This document shows positions 50,851 to 62,900 of a stretch of DNA of 64,000 bases, one piece after another. The DNA comes from Fimbriosthenelais zetlandica. Taxonomy: Eukaryota. Position 1 is the first letter of the stretch. Each line of letters begins with the position of its first letter. Under the pieces are notes generated by a model. It saw only the letters and a program-made list of their open reading frames with translations. It had not been told where the DNA came from and searched no databases. Both the position numbers and the translations under genes were made by a program. The stretch is from the NCBI GenBank assembly GCA_977030845.1, contig OZ365111.1:15934001-15998000 (forward strand), read 5' to 3'.

Positions 50851-52763
50851 TATAGATTATGTCGGAGATATGGTATCTAAATAAGAGATAACGCGAGTCT
50901 ATCCGAGTCTCGGAGTCACACCGAGTCTGACTGAGTCTGACTGATTAGACTGACTCTATGTAGATGATCGCACATAAATTGGTCATGTATCTTCAATATA
51001 TTATAGGCTATCTAACCAATGGTTAAATAATTATCCTGTTTGTACACACTGTAAGAAGATATCTACTTTGACAAATACTTAAGCTCATTATAACACTAGT
51101 ACAATTCTCGGAAAATGAAAGCCTATTGAAGGCCTAATTTTATTATAATCCGAAAATTTTGTAGATATATGTTTGCATGAAAATGATTTGGATAGTTGAA
51201 ATTACTGGTCTAGAGTTAAGAAAATAGAAAAGCAATTTACTTTGAATAGGCTGGACTATAATTACTCAGTTTTGTGACAGGTGACATATTAAAAAGGATT
51301 TTTATTATGGAATGAGTCCTGTTTGAGGCCTGTCCTGGCCCTTTTGCACATTGCTGATGAGTGTCACATTAGGCCTAATTATTAGCCTAGACTTACGGTA
51401 GCCTTAGAAATAGAATGACATTGTCGGCGGAAGGGGTTACGGGTCTTGTTTTATAACAATAAATGCACTGCATTACTTAATCATGGTACCGTAATTGCAT
51501 TTTCTCCCTTCTGAAACGGATCCCTGGTATACGGGTATTGAGCAAGATGCAGTGATCACATGTTGGTCTGAATGGTATGTATAGGCCTACTCGTTGATCT
51601 GCGCTAGTCTAAATTGTTCATGTATAGGCTGGCTATATTAGGCCTAAATATTATTATGCATTTTGTTAGAAATGATAGGCTATGTTAGAAATAATAATTG
51701 TGATAATATTATTATGGATACATTTTTGTTAAGAAATGTCCTAAAAATCGGTCCAGTCAAATAAATCACTATGTCAATCATGAATCTTTGTTTTGGTTCT
51801 GATATCCTGGAATTTATCCATTATCACAACGGTTTAAATTGGTTTTCTAGCTCCCACAGGAAATATTAGGGTGAAACGTTTTTCTGTTTTACATTTTCCC
51901 CTCCTACATTTTCATATGACGCATTGAAATAAAAAAAAACTTATTCCATGTGGAGAATGTGCCATAGCTTCTATGTGATCAAAGTATGCCTCAAAGTAGT
52001 CTCATTAACTTGAGGTAAGGGGTATTCACCTGTAAAGTTCTAAGGTGTATACCCCCATAACTAAGGATGATGCATGGAGGTATGAATTTTTAACTCTAAG
52101 TCTATGTCAGCTGCTATTTATTCACCATAATTATAACTTTACTTTAATTCAGTGCATGTAATATATCATTATATTTGCATTTTTTCTTTTTTATTTCCAA
52201 ACGCTTCAGAATAATTTTTGTTTGTTGAAAATATATCTTTTTAGCGTGTCAGCAAATAATTCCTCATCTTGCATGTTTATCGACACCACTTCCCGAAGAG
52301 CACAAACCACCGAGACCCACCTCCATCTTCCTCTTCTTCATGGGTGAAATATCTGTAATAAATGTCCCAATATATAATAAGCCTATCTATCATAATTTAG
52401 GAGGGACGCTCTCTCCCTTCTCTTCATCCAATGCTGGAAATTCAAAAATGGTGCATTTTACAAGGTGTCTAAACCATGATCGATTTTAATGTTATTCCTT
52501 AATAAATATGTCATAACAGTCCTGCTCTCAACTATTATTTTTTCCGTTTAGAACGTAATTTTACACCCCGCCCATCTCCAAACCCCATCACCAATCAATA
52601 TTCCCAATCCGTCTAAATACATCCGATATGCCTTCCAATCAATGTTGGAAAAATATTCAACCTTCCGCACTCCGCTCCCCTCGGCAACTCAAACGGAAAA
52701 AAACAAATCGGTACTGGTAAGCTATTTGCATATTTAGCTACCCATGGAGCAGAAAAATCGTTG

Positions 52764-52829
52764 ACGACACAGGGAAGCGAACCCCGGCCACTCGCATTGC
52801 GAGTCAGTGTCTTACCTCTAGACTACCTA
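52764..52829 (-). pseudogene. tRNA-like Pol III head (Glu/Asp/Gly-like) at the left end of the foldback
   Basis: tagtctagaggtaagac (A box/D-arm) and ggttcgcttccc (B box); the anticodon arm is non-canonical. Confidence 0.6.
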
Positions 52830-54620
52830 TGCACAAGTACACACCACTTCAAATTTAGCTTATACCGCCCAGGACAAGGCTGAAACACAATGTATAGATT
52901 TTTTTTGACACCCAGACCCCCCGGCCCCAACTGGCCCCCAACCTCCACCCAAATCCCTATGTCAACCCCCAGCACCCCCAGCAACTCCTTCCAAAACCCC
53001 AGCGCGATTAGAAACGGTGAACATGTCAAAATCCCTTGGAATAGCCCACTGCGTAGGTACTGTCCATAGGCGCCAATGTTAAAAATTGTCTAGCCCCCCG
53101 GACCCCTCACCGGCTCCCAACCTCCATGTCTACCCCCAGTACCCACCACAACCCCCTCCCAAAATTTCAGCCCGATCCTATGGTGCTAACCTGTCTAAAT
53201 CCATTGGATTCTGCAAAAGTGTCCCGCCCATAGACGCAATGTTAAAAATCACTCACGATTACATGGATGTGTGCTACAAAGCCGGTTTACCAATCCACTC
53301 AAATCGGCTTATTCTCGACCTAATACATATTATTTTCACTCAACTCCACGGTTATGTATAGCGTATGACCTCTACTGATAAAGCCCAAAAGAGCCGAGAC
53401 GAAAAACTAGGAAAACCCCGATTTCTGCGAGTTGACAAATCGGTTATGTGTATACAGGCCTATAATTTGGCCTTTTAAAAACCTTAACAGCGCCCTCTCA
53501 CTAAAAGTCGAAAAAGTTGTATAACTCTGTAAATAATGGGTCTAAAATTACAATTCAAACGGATTATTCTTAGTTGGAAGCACCTCCAGGTATCTATCTG
53601 GTTTTTGTGCAACTAAAATTAATTTAAAATTTTAAAATTTGAGGTCTTTAGCATTGGACTCTATGGAAGGAGGAGGCCAGCGCGACAAAGCGACCCGAGA
53701 TTGGCAGCGGCAAAAAGATGAACTATTCTACTATGATCTACCATAGAGGTGTAGGAAGCTCCTACACCTCTATGATTCAGGCTATGCTGGCTGGAGCATA
53801 GTAGTTCACGTTTCCGCCGCTAGGACATCGCCACATGCGGTCAGGCGCCTCCTTCCATTGACTCCAATGCTATTTGAAGAAATTCAGTCCATTTTGAAAA
53901 TCCGAAATTTTAAATGAATTTTATTGGAACAAAAACTACATAGACATCTGAAGGGTCTCCCAACTAAGAATAATCCGTTTAATTTGTAATTTTAGACCCA
54001 TTATTTACGAAGTTATTAAACTTTTTCGACTTTTAGTGAGAGGGCGCTGTTAAGGTTTGTATACGTGAGGCCGATTTGCCAATGTCGCAGAAATCGGTTT
54101 TTTTCTCGTTTGCCGTCTCTGCCCTTTTGAAATTTATTAGTAGATGCTATAAGTTACACATAACCGTGGACTTGAGTGAAAATAACATGTTGTAGCTAGA
54201 AAAAGAGCCGATTATAGTGTACTGGCAAACCGGCTCAGTAGCACACATCCATGTAGCCTAATCGTGAGTGACTTTTAACATTGCGCCTATGGGCGGTGCA
54301 CTTTTGCAGAATCCAGTAAATTTAGACATGTTAGCCTTTTCGAATCGGGCTGGATTTTTGGGAGGGTGTTGTTTGGGGTGCAGGGGGTAGACATGACTGA
54401 TGAGGGTGAGGGTGGAAGTTGGGGGCCGGGGAGGGGTCCGGGGGGCTAAAGAATGTTTTAACATTGGAGCCTATGGCCGTATGGGCAGTACCTACACAGT
54501 GGGTTTTTCGGATTAAGCCTTGTCCTGGGCGGTTCAGGCTAAATTTGAGTGGATGTAGTGAACTGATCCGGGTAGGCCCATAGATAGTTGTTACTATATC
54601 TATGCGGGTAGGCCTACCAT

Positions 54621-54687
54621 GTAGTCCAGAGTAGAGGTAAGACACTGGCTTTCAACGTGAGAGAACTGGGTTCGATTCCCCGCCATG
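54621..54687 (+). pseudogene. tRNA-like Pol III head at the right end of the foldback
   Basis: gtagtccagagtagaggtaagacactggctttcaacgtgagagaactgggttcgattccccg. Confidence 0.6.
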
Positions 54688-54829
54688 CAAATAATTGTTT
54701 CTCCCCTCGGCATCTCAAACGGAAAAAGACCAAATCAATACTGGTAAGCCATTTGCATATTTAGCTACCCATGGAGCAGAAAAATCGTTGTTTATTCTTT
54801 AGAGAGGCTCGTAACTCTACTATCCTTGA

Positions 54830-54972
54830 TTCATGCATCGCGCCATCCGCCATTACTGCTCCGCACCGACGACGATACTCTTCCCTGATTGGTCAATAAT
54901 AATAATGTCAAATTTGCCGCGGGACAGTGTCATGGTGGACAACATTCGTCAGATTTGGTTTTGGCTACTTGC
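54830..54972 (+). promoter_or_regulatory. Candidate promoter and non-coding first exon of the DMAC1-like gene
   Basis: CpG-rich; CCAAT box (ctgattggtc ~54886); donor GC|gtaagt at ~54973; acceptor tttttcag just before the ATG at 55454. Confidence 0.45.
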
Positions 54973-55453
54973 GTAAGTGAATAATTGTTAGAAAACTACT
55001 GAATTCAAACTGTAATCGAGACAATATACGTACTGATTCAATTAAAAGTATATGATTTGTCAGAATATGTAAAAATTAGTACGAAAAACAAGCAGATAAG
55101 CTTGGAATCATAAGCTAACCATACCTGACACATGCCGGTCACGGTCTTGCCTATGATGACCATACGGTAGCGGCATGGGCTTGACTAACTACCGCCTAGT
55201 ACCGGCACTGCGGTAGGCCTACTTCCACTTCTATGTGATGACTTATCTCTTGCAGTCTTGGCCTGGGCCGGTACCGGGCTACTGGGACCGTACTGAACCC
55301 ATAGTAGCACTAGGACCCTGTGGTTGAATAAATTCATTTATCATTTTTATGATTCATTTTTACAATAGGCTTACCGGTATGCCTTATTTATGTAGGCCTA
55401 AAATGTATGTCGAAAATGACAGGAATATACCGTAGGCTATACTTTTTCAGGTC

Positions 55454-56160
55454 ATGGGGCGACTCGTAGATTCTGTGATGGCAGCCCTTGGTTTAAAACC
55501 ATCTGACAGGGTTGTCATTTCACATGAACCTATTGACACACATTTAACCAACAAGACTCCGGGTGAAACCCCATCTCAAAACAAGACTGAAGTACCCGTA
55601 GCCACAAAACCAAAATATGAAACTCGCCTAGCCCATGGACTAACTCATAATCAGAAGTCATCTAGCCCTGAAGGCATTTCAAAGGAAGATCCCATACCGG
55701 TAGTTAAAACATCAGAGGAGGAGTCGGATCATCCGAGTGATGAACCGGTGGAGAAAGACTGCTTGAGTTGCCGATATGTTGGTGCAGGCGTCGGCTTATT
55801 TGGAGCTGCGTATGTGGGAAGAACATGTTATAAATCATATGAAAAATACCCCCAGGGTAGCAGACGTTATGCATTTATTGGCTTCAGTGGAACACTCATA
55901 ACTAGTAATTATCTCTTTATATCACCAACTAAACAAATGATTAATTATTTATGAAATTTATCTGCATTTCCCCCTTTCTTTTCTATAAAAATTATTCCGC
56001 TAGCCTGTATATTACGTTTATATATACATGGAACCGACCAAGTCTCTGTCCAGATAGCCATTTAGCACTTGAATGGGTAGGAGGACGCTGGCTCTGGCCA
56101 GAGACTAGGACGGTTTTGAATCAAGAAGAAACAAATCTAAAATTAACTTCAAAGCCTTGA
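55454..56160 (+). CDS. DMAC1: DMAC1/DUF4536-like small mitochondrial membrane protein (2 coding exons)
   Basis: Exon 55454-55904 encodes DCLSCRYVGAGVGLFGAAYV (the CxxC-R plus Gly-rich hydrophobic helix typical of DUF4536). Donor A|gtaatt. The last exon starts at 56054 or 56066 (uncertain), reads ...LEWVGGRWLWP... and ends at TGA 56158-56160. Confidence 0.62.
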
Positions 56161-57066
56161 AAGTTTTTTCTTCTTTGTTTCCAGTTATGCTGACAATGGC
56201 GATTGGCAACGTCTTTCAAATAGGACTGTTCAATCCGGACAGGTCTAAATTCTCCTTTAATGACCACCTAAAACAGGATTTTCAAGACATTCAGAATGTT
56301 CTAGGATACCGTAGTAGCGTCGAGGGCAAAAATAATTGAAGTCAAAGTTGTTTAGCTTGTCAGAGGATATTCATGAGATTATTCCTTCATATCTTTCACA
56401 AATTTGACAAATGGTTATGGGAAATATAATACAAGAATTGCGAGCCCGAACTCTCTCCAGTCCTGTATGGGATGGTTCTGTGTAAGCAAGAGTCCGGTTC
56501 TCTCGGACTAAAGAATTGCCTGCCCCTTATTAGGAAATGTACAAATTAAATAAACAGGAAATTTTCCACAGAGAAGTGACTTTATTTTCCTTTGAAAGCA
56601 CAATAATTGAGCATATTATACAATTATAGCAACCCACACCGTGATGCAAAAAAAGTTTTGCAGAAATTTTATACTAATGTTGAGAATTTGTAACAGTATA
56701 ATATACAGTAATTTTGTGTTCAGCATAACCAATCAATATTTAGAAAAAAAATTGCCCTATAATATAGAATGGACAAATACCATATTTTACTGATCGGAAG
56801 CTGGCGTTCAAAAACGAATTTAAATATTTGGGATATTGATTTGAGATCAACAGAAGCGGGTACCGCAACTAGTTACAAGCAGGGAACGCAGAATTTTAAC
56901 TTTGACAAGGGTTCATGCGGGAGTTAGATCAAAGGAGAATTTTAGTGGTTAACAATAGCCTATAGTACGTGTATACTCGACATTTTACTTCTAAACTCCG
57001 GTACATTTCCATTACAATTTTATACTCTAAGTACAAGAGCAGAAATCTCGAACTATGACCCTGTTT

Positions 57067-57145
57067 TTTTTATACCCACTGATAGGGACTCGAACCTAAG
57101 CCTGGCTCGCTTAGAAAACCAGAGCTAGAAGCCCACGCTTCAGAT
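57067..57145 (-). mobile_element. tRNA-derived SINE head fragment
   Basis: Reverse complement contains the B box ggttcgagtccc preceded by tRNA-like stems. Confidence 0.4.
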
Positions 57146-59974
57146 CAGTTAAATATGGTAAAACATCTCCATATTTTGTAAGATACCTTTCCCATCCACA
57201 GTGAGTGCGATTCAATTTCAAAATATTCATTTTATGTTTCATTTGATATCGCCATTATATTATTTCATTGTAAATATTTAACAATCCACGTCCCCAACAA
57301 CTGTATACAATTGCATGCGCTATACATTTTTTAAACAACCATTGTGTGTTATCTATTCATACATATTTTTCTCAATGTGAAAACATTATTTTGATTTAAA
57401 AATATAACAACCGACATAAAATAAGTGAATTTATATACCAGTATATAAATTTCATTTGTTATAGTGTAAAGGTGTATTCTATAATTTCAATGTATTTTTA
57501 AAAATAAATTAACACGCGTTATTTGTGATCACAAGATAGAACATCAACGGGTATATCAAATGGAACATGCCTTATGTCATTCGCTCGTACACTATTTGAA
57601 ACTCAATCACTCGTGACTCTTGCCACGGTTATGATAGAATATCACAAGTATGGTATCATAATGTACAAACAATAACACAATCTTAGCTTTTTTTTAAATT
57701 AAAAAAACAAAGCTACGTGTGGGATTTACAGCAAATTTACAAAAACAAATTTAAGAAGAAGTGTTATAGCATATGTACCCCAGATACTACATAAATAATA
57801 TTCTGGCTTCAAACCACAAACAAGTAAACCTAAAATCGTGGGCGGATTTTATAGCATAGATCATTAGATAATAATTATATGCATGTCGGTCTTGGTTGAA
57901 GCATGTTACACTTGATATCCCTCAGAGATGTTATATCTTAAAACGCGAATGATTCTTGCATTGTTCAAGTTAAAAATGACTATTATTAGCAGTTCCCCCC
58001 TTCATTTTAAATTCCATAATATACTATCTACCATTATATTCTATCATTTCAAAGATCAACTTCAAAATAACACTTGGATTTAAGTGCCTTTTCTGTCCAT
58101 GAATTCCTTAAAAAAGGACGGTAATATACGTGGACTGCAATTTGATAAAATAAAAGTGCATTTCATAGATTCATTAACATTTAAATGCAGAGATATTCGT
58201 CAAAAGAAATCCCCTAAACACGGAGAAATTCAAATATTTCATTTGTAGGATTGGATGTTCGGGAGGGGGGAGAGGGGTAACAATAAATACAACGGCTTGA
58301 AAGAATTATTTATGTGATCTTCGGACTCTGAGGTAAAACGGTGGAACAACCAAAAATCAAAGTCTTGTGTCTTGTTGGTAAGTTCATAGATAAAGGGAAA
58401 GGTGCGCTTCAAGCACAGTAACCCTAAAAATCATGACACTATTTTCTTGTCATATAGGACCTTCTCCTTGTCCCTCAGATGAAACGATTTCTTAAGACTA
58501 TTTCCCACAAAAGAAAAAAAATCACGAGAGGAATGTACACCACTCAATATTAGATAACACTTATAATTTATAAGATAACACAAAGCAATATATATACTGT
58601 ATTTGTGTATAATATAGAAATGTAAATTATATATACGCATATAAGATAGATATATGTATATATATAATGTCTTGTTAAGGTTGTTGATAAATGAAAAGCA
58701 TTGCTCCCAGCTGGCAGCAGCATGATAGGGGACCAAGTTTGAGAAGTGATATGGGTCTCTGTTGGTCCCTTGGCCCCCGAGACTACAACGTTTCAGAACC
58801 GGGACTGCTTCTTTCAGTATAGATGACTCAAAACATTGCTTCTTTGTCCGGCCACTTTATTTTTTCAGTCTGTGATATTCAGATTAAAGTGCAAGCCAAA
58901 CTGTGGGGAAACTGAGACCTTGAACTTGAATCTTGCCTTTTTCATTGAGTAATGCTTATGATAAGACTCTCTTTCAAAGGAGTGGTCGTATGGAACTACA
59001 ACATTTAATATGTGTTATTGGACCTACCCTTAGGCACAGGGAAGTCGATGGCATAACTCAAGCGCTTAAAACCCCATTGGATCTACCCTTTGAAGGTCAA
59101 CGCAAAGTTTGTATGGGTATTTAGGCTAAAGGTACGGTTCGACTTTCCCTTTAATATGTAGATGCCAAGGTCCCAGTGCGAAGTTTGCAACTTATGTCCC
59201 TTATTAATTACAGTGCCCCATATACATTCTCACTGAGTGGCTCGGAGACTCTTTGTCACCCATTCTTGAAAAGAACTTAATATTTTTTTGAAAAATAATA
59301 TATTAGACAGGATTTGGAATATACAATACTAGGCTTATAGGTTTTCAATAGTGGTCCTAAATGTTCAAATCAGGGCTCAGTTTTCTGCATTAACAACAAC
59401 CCTAAGCAAGACGTGTGTACAATAGGTGCAAAATACCATAATGTCAAAAATGTATCATACCCTTTGCCACTGCTTATTAATATTCCTACCTAATGGGGGT
59501 CCAAAACGGGGGACAATCATTTTTACATAGATCAGTCAAATCAATCAGATCTTATCCTCTTCATCTTCAGAAATATGAAACCTCGGAATGTTTTAACAAA
59601 TAAAGGTTTTTGAGGGAGGGAATTATTCCCGAGGCCTACTGAATGCCCCGAGATAATGACGTGTGCAGGAATGCAAGCCAGGCAACTAAAATAAACATCA
59701 TGAAATATAGTGACTGATTTTTGATGTCTCCACGCCCCTTTAATTCCCATTTTATATTATAAAGGAGCCAAAAAAAGGGGATATTTAAGCAAATACCTGG
59801 GATTGCCTAGAAACCTGCATTCCCGACTGGCCACTCCCACCCAAAAGCCTTTCACAGAATAAGTGATGTTTGAAGGTTAAACTTTCTCAGTAATTGCTAC
59901 TTTCTTTAGTGCTAACTCTTCAAATCATACTAAGCCACACTATCCAAAGTTTTGTTTCCTGATGCGGGGCTCAC

Positions 59975-62900
59975 CTCCACTTCTGGCAGGGGTTCCTTGA
60001 TCTCGTCAGGCATGAGGGCTTGCTTCCCATACAGCTGGTTGGAGAAGGCAAGGTTCTGGAAAAAGGTAAAATGTCAAATTTTAATGTTAAGCAATAATCA
60101 TTATAAGGGGATTCATCTTTTCTTGGAAAGGCTATTTGGGGTCTGATCTTTTCTAAATTCATCAATGTTAGAATAGAATGATTTTTTCTCGAATCCTAAC
60201 AGTTTTTAAAATTAATAATTAACTGATGTCTTAATTGTATAATCTTAATTTTTGTATAAATTTTAAAGGACTAGAGATGGTTTTTTTCCTCCAAGGAAAA
60301 GGATAAGTTTTATTCCCGAAAGGATGGAAACAATTAGTTTTCCGAAAAGGGAGAAAGCAAAATATTGCCTTTCAAGGATAAGGGGAGAAAACATTTTTGT
60401 CTTTCAAGACAAGAGGAGACTATAATTTCTTTTCCAGGTATATCAATGTAACGTACCTCCTTGTATGTGCCCATACGCCTGTGATTGAAGGGCGCGTTCA
60501 TCTTCCTTCGGCGGGCCTGGAATGAAATAGGCACATTTATAAAATGGAATAAAGAACTTACATCAACCTATCAATTGCAATCTCGGTTAAATTGGGTTTA
60601 CTTCAGATCAAATTGAAATTTACTTTCTGAAAATAGTCATTTTATTTAGACCTAATAAGGCATAATAGAATTCAAATTTCAGCAAGACAATGATGAGCAA
60701 AGTAAGAATATTACAAAGCTGAGATATCATCAACCGGTCTAAGACGTGACCTTATATCAGTCAACATTTTTTATTTTAAAACTAATTGGAAAACTTATAT
60801 TTCACCATATACAACATAATACATATACCGATACAGTTCTGGCCCCATTTTCCTTTTGGACAGTCCTAAAGTTATTTAGCAGAAAAAAACTTACAAAGCT
60901 GATAATGGCGAAGAGGAGAATCAACATGGTGGCTCCAAAAACAGCGGCAATAATGCCGGTCTGGTGGCGGTGGACGAAGCCCATGAAGCCATGGTGGTGG
61001 TTGAGAGTGACGTGGCCGGTCCATCCACTCTCATCAGGCAACTGTGGGGCGTAGTGGTGGTGCACCTCCATTGTCTTGGGGACTGGGACCAAAGTGCCTC
61101 CCTGTAATTAAGAATGTTAAAACCCACCTTTTTAATACGGCTTACTGTTAGTATAGGTCGAATAAGCATTTTAGTCTAATCTGTTTATCTATTTACAGTA
61201 CTTATATCAGTCGAATGATTTATTTATGACTTTATTTATTATCCATTTATATATATAACAAATTATTCTTCAATTTATTTATCTATTTATTCATAATTTG
61301 ATAATTCATTCATTTTACATGGATCTCACCACATGCCTTTCAATGACTGGAAAAGGGAAAGCGGTTCCCCTGACTTGGCCATATTAATTTGTGGTTACAC
61401 CCTGGACCATCGTTTTCAAATATTGGCAGAAAAATTCAAAAATGCCAAAAATATCGACACCAAATGCCTGGAAAAAATAGAAGTTAAATTTAAATAACAA
61501 ACCTGGTAGTTGATCTGACAGCGTCCGTTCAGCATAAGGTACTGCACGTGGTAGACGGCTGTAGCCATGTCAGTCTCTTCATCAGAAATCACTTCAAAAC
61601 GGACCTGAATGATGTGCATCTCCCAAGGTGTGATCTCCACAATGTTAACGAACTCTTCATCCATGTGGAGCCAATGGCTGAGATGTTGATGTGCAAGCCT
61701 GTAGACAGAATAATTTATATACTTATATAGACTTAATTCAGTTTTATTTTATTTTGGAAATGAATATTACGAGGGAATAATATATACGCATGCATCGGGA
61801 ACGAAGTTAAATAGTCAATAAAATTTAAATTCCTTTTTATATCTTCAATAAGTATATAGAAGTAAGGAACCAGAACTGTTTTCTTTCTTTCTTTTTTTAG
61901 GGGGGGGGGGGGGGGGGAATTAAATGCTTAATATTCAAAGTAAATAATAAATATGGAATTTATATTAATACTTACTGCTTGATATTGCTCATATGAGGGG
62001 TTACATTCTCCAGTGAATGCGTCAACTTAAATGATCCATGGACCTTCCTTGTCTTATTGTAATCTGAAAAAAATTTAATTAACATTTTTAACGAGTGGCA
62101 AGAAATACAATTATTTCAATGCATTATTACTGGCATGTGCCCTCACATCTCAAAAGAAAGCAACCATGAATACAAAATAGTTATTTACAAAATCAGATTT
62201 TTAAAAAAAAAATTCAAATGGCAATTCCGAGAAAACTGACATCTCTGCGAGAGAAAGCAAGGGAATTTCCAGAACTTCAAGCGATTTTCCATACTTACGG
62301 CAGTCAGGCTTGGAGTAAGTCCGTGTCTCTGGGATCTCCAGACCACGGTCATCGACACACCAACACTCAACGCTGGTGGCGTCACACTGGAGTGGCTTGA
62401 AGTCGCCGCTGGCGTCACATTCCAACAGATCCAGGGCTTGTCTTTTGTTTCTGGTCCGGGAATCGAAAAGGGCGGGGCCGGGCATGAGAAGGGAGCTGGT
62501 GAGGCTGTGCAGTTCTGCTTGACGGTTGCACAAAGGTTTTCCTAGAAAAAGAAATTCCATATGATATATGGGGAAAAATGCACAGCACAATGTATGTACA
62601 AAACTATGCTTGAATAATACTTCGGAGACTGCGAATTTTTTTTCTTATCAGGGTCGGGGCCAGCTATCTCAGGAGGAGAAGGACAAATACTGTCTGCACG
62701 ATATGGGCTACTCCTCGAATGAAGGCAATGGGGAAAATGAAGGGAGTCAAAACAATCGATAAGTTCTTAAATGATTCGTTCTAGGCTGACTTACCAACAC
62801 ATTTAGGCTGGTTGGGACAGAAGTCTTTGTCACATTTCACTTTGTGCTCGGTACAGATTTCTCCCTCTGGACACTTCTCACTCTGCAAAATGAAAAGTAA

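Larger units (their letters stand above)
52675..54790. mobile_element. Composite foldback element: ~1-kb inverted arms with terminal tRNA-like heads, flanked by ~90-bp direct repeats
   Basis: Left arm 52764-53756 aligns by eye to the reverse complement of 53760-54687. Direct repeats at 52675-52763 and 54701-54790. Confidence 0.8.

Noticed and set aside
52823-54645. Pro-rich ORFs within the foldback arms (53086-53361, 54258-54464, 54331-54645)
   Set aside because: They arise from C-rich repeat tracts, are not preserved in frame between the two arms, and lack domain motifs.
58700-59974. Terminal exon of the antistasin/TY membrane protein
   Set aside because: Several weak acceptors give short open frames; none could be preferred, so no call was made.
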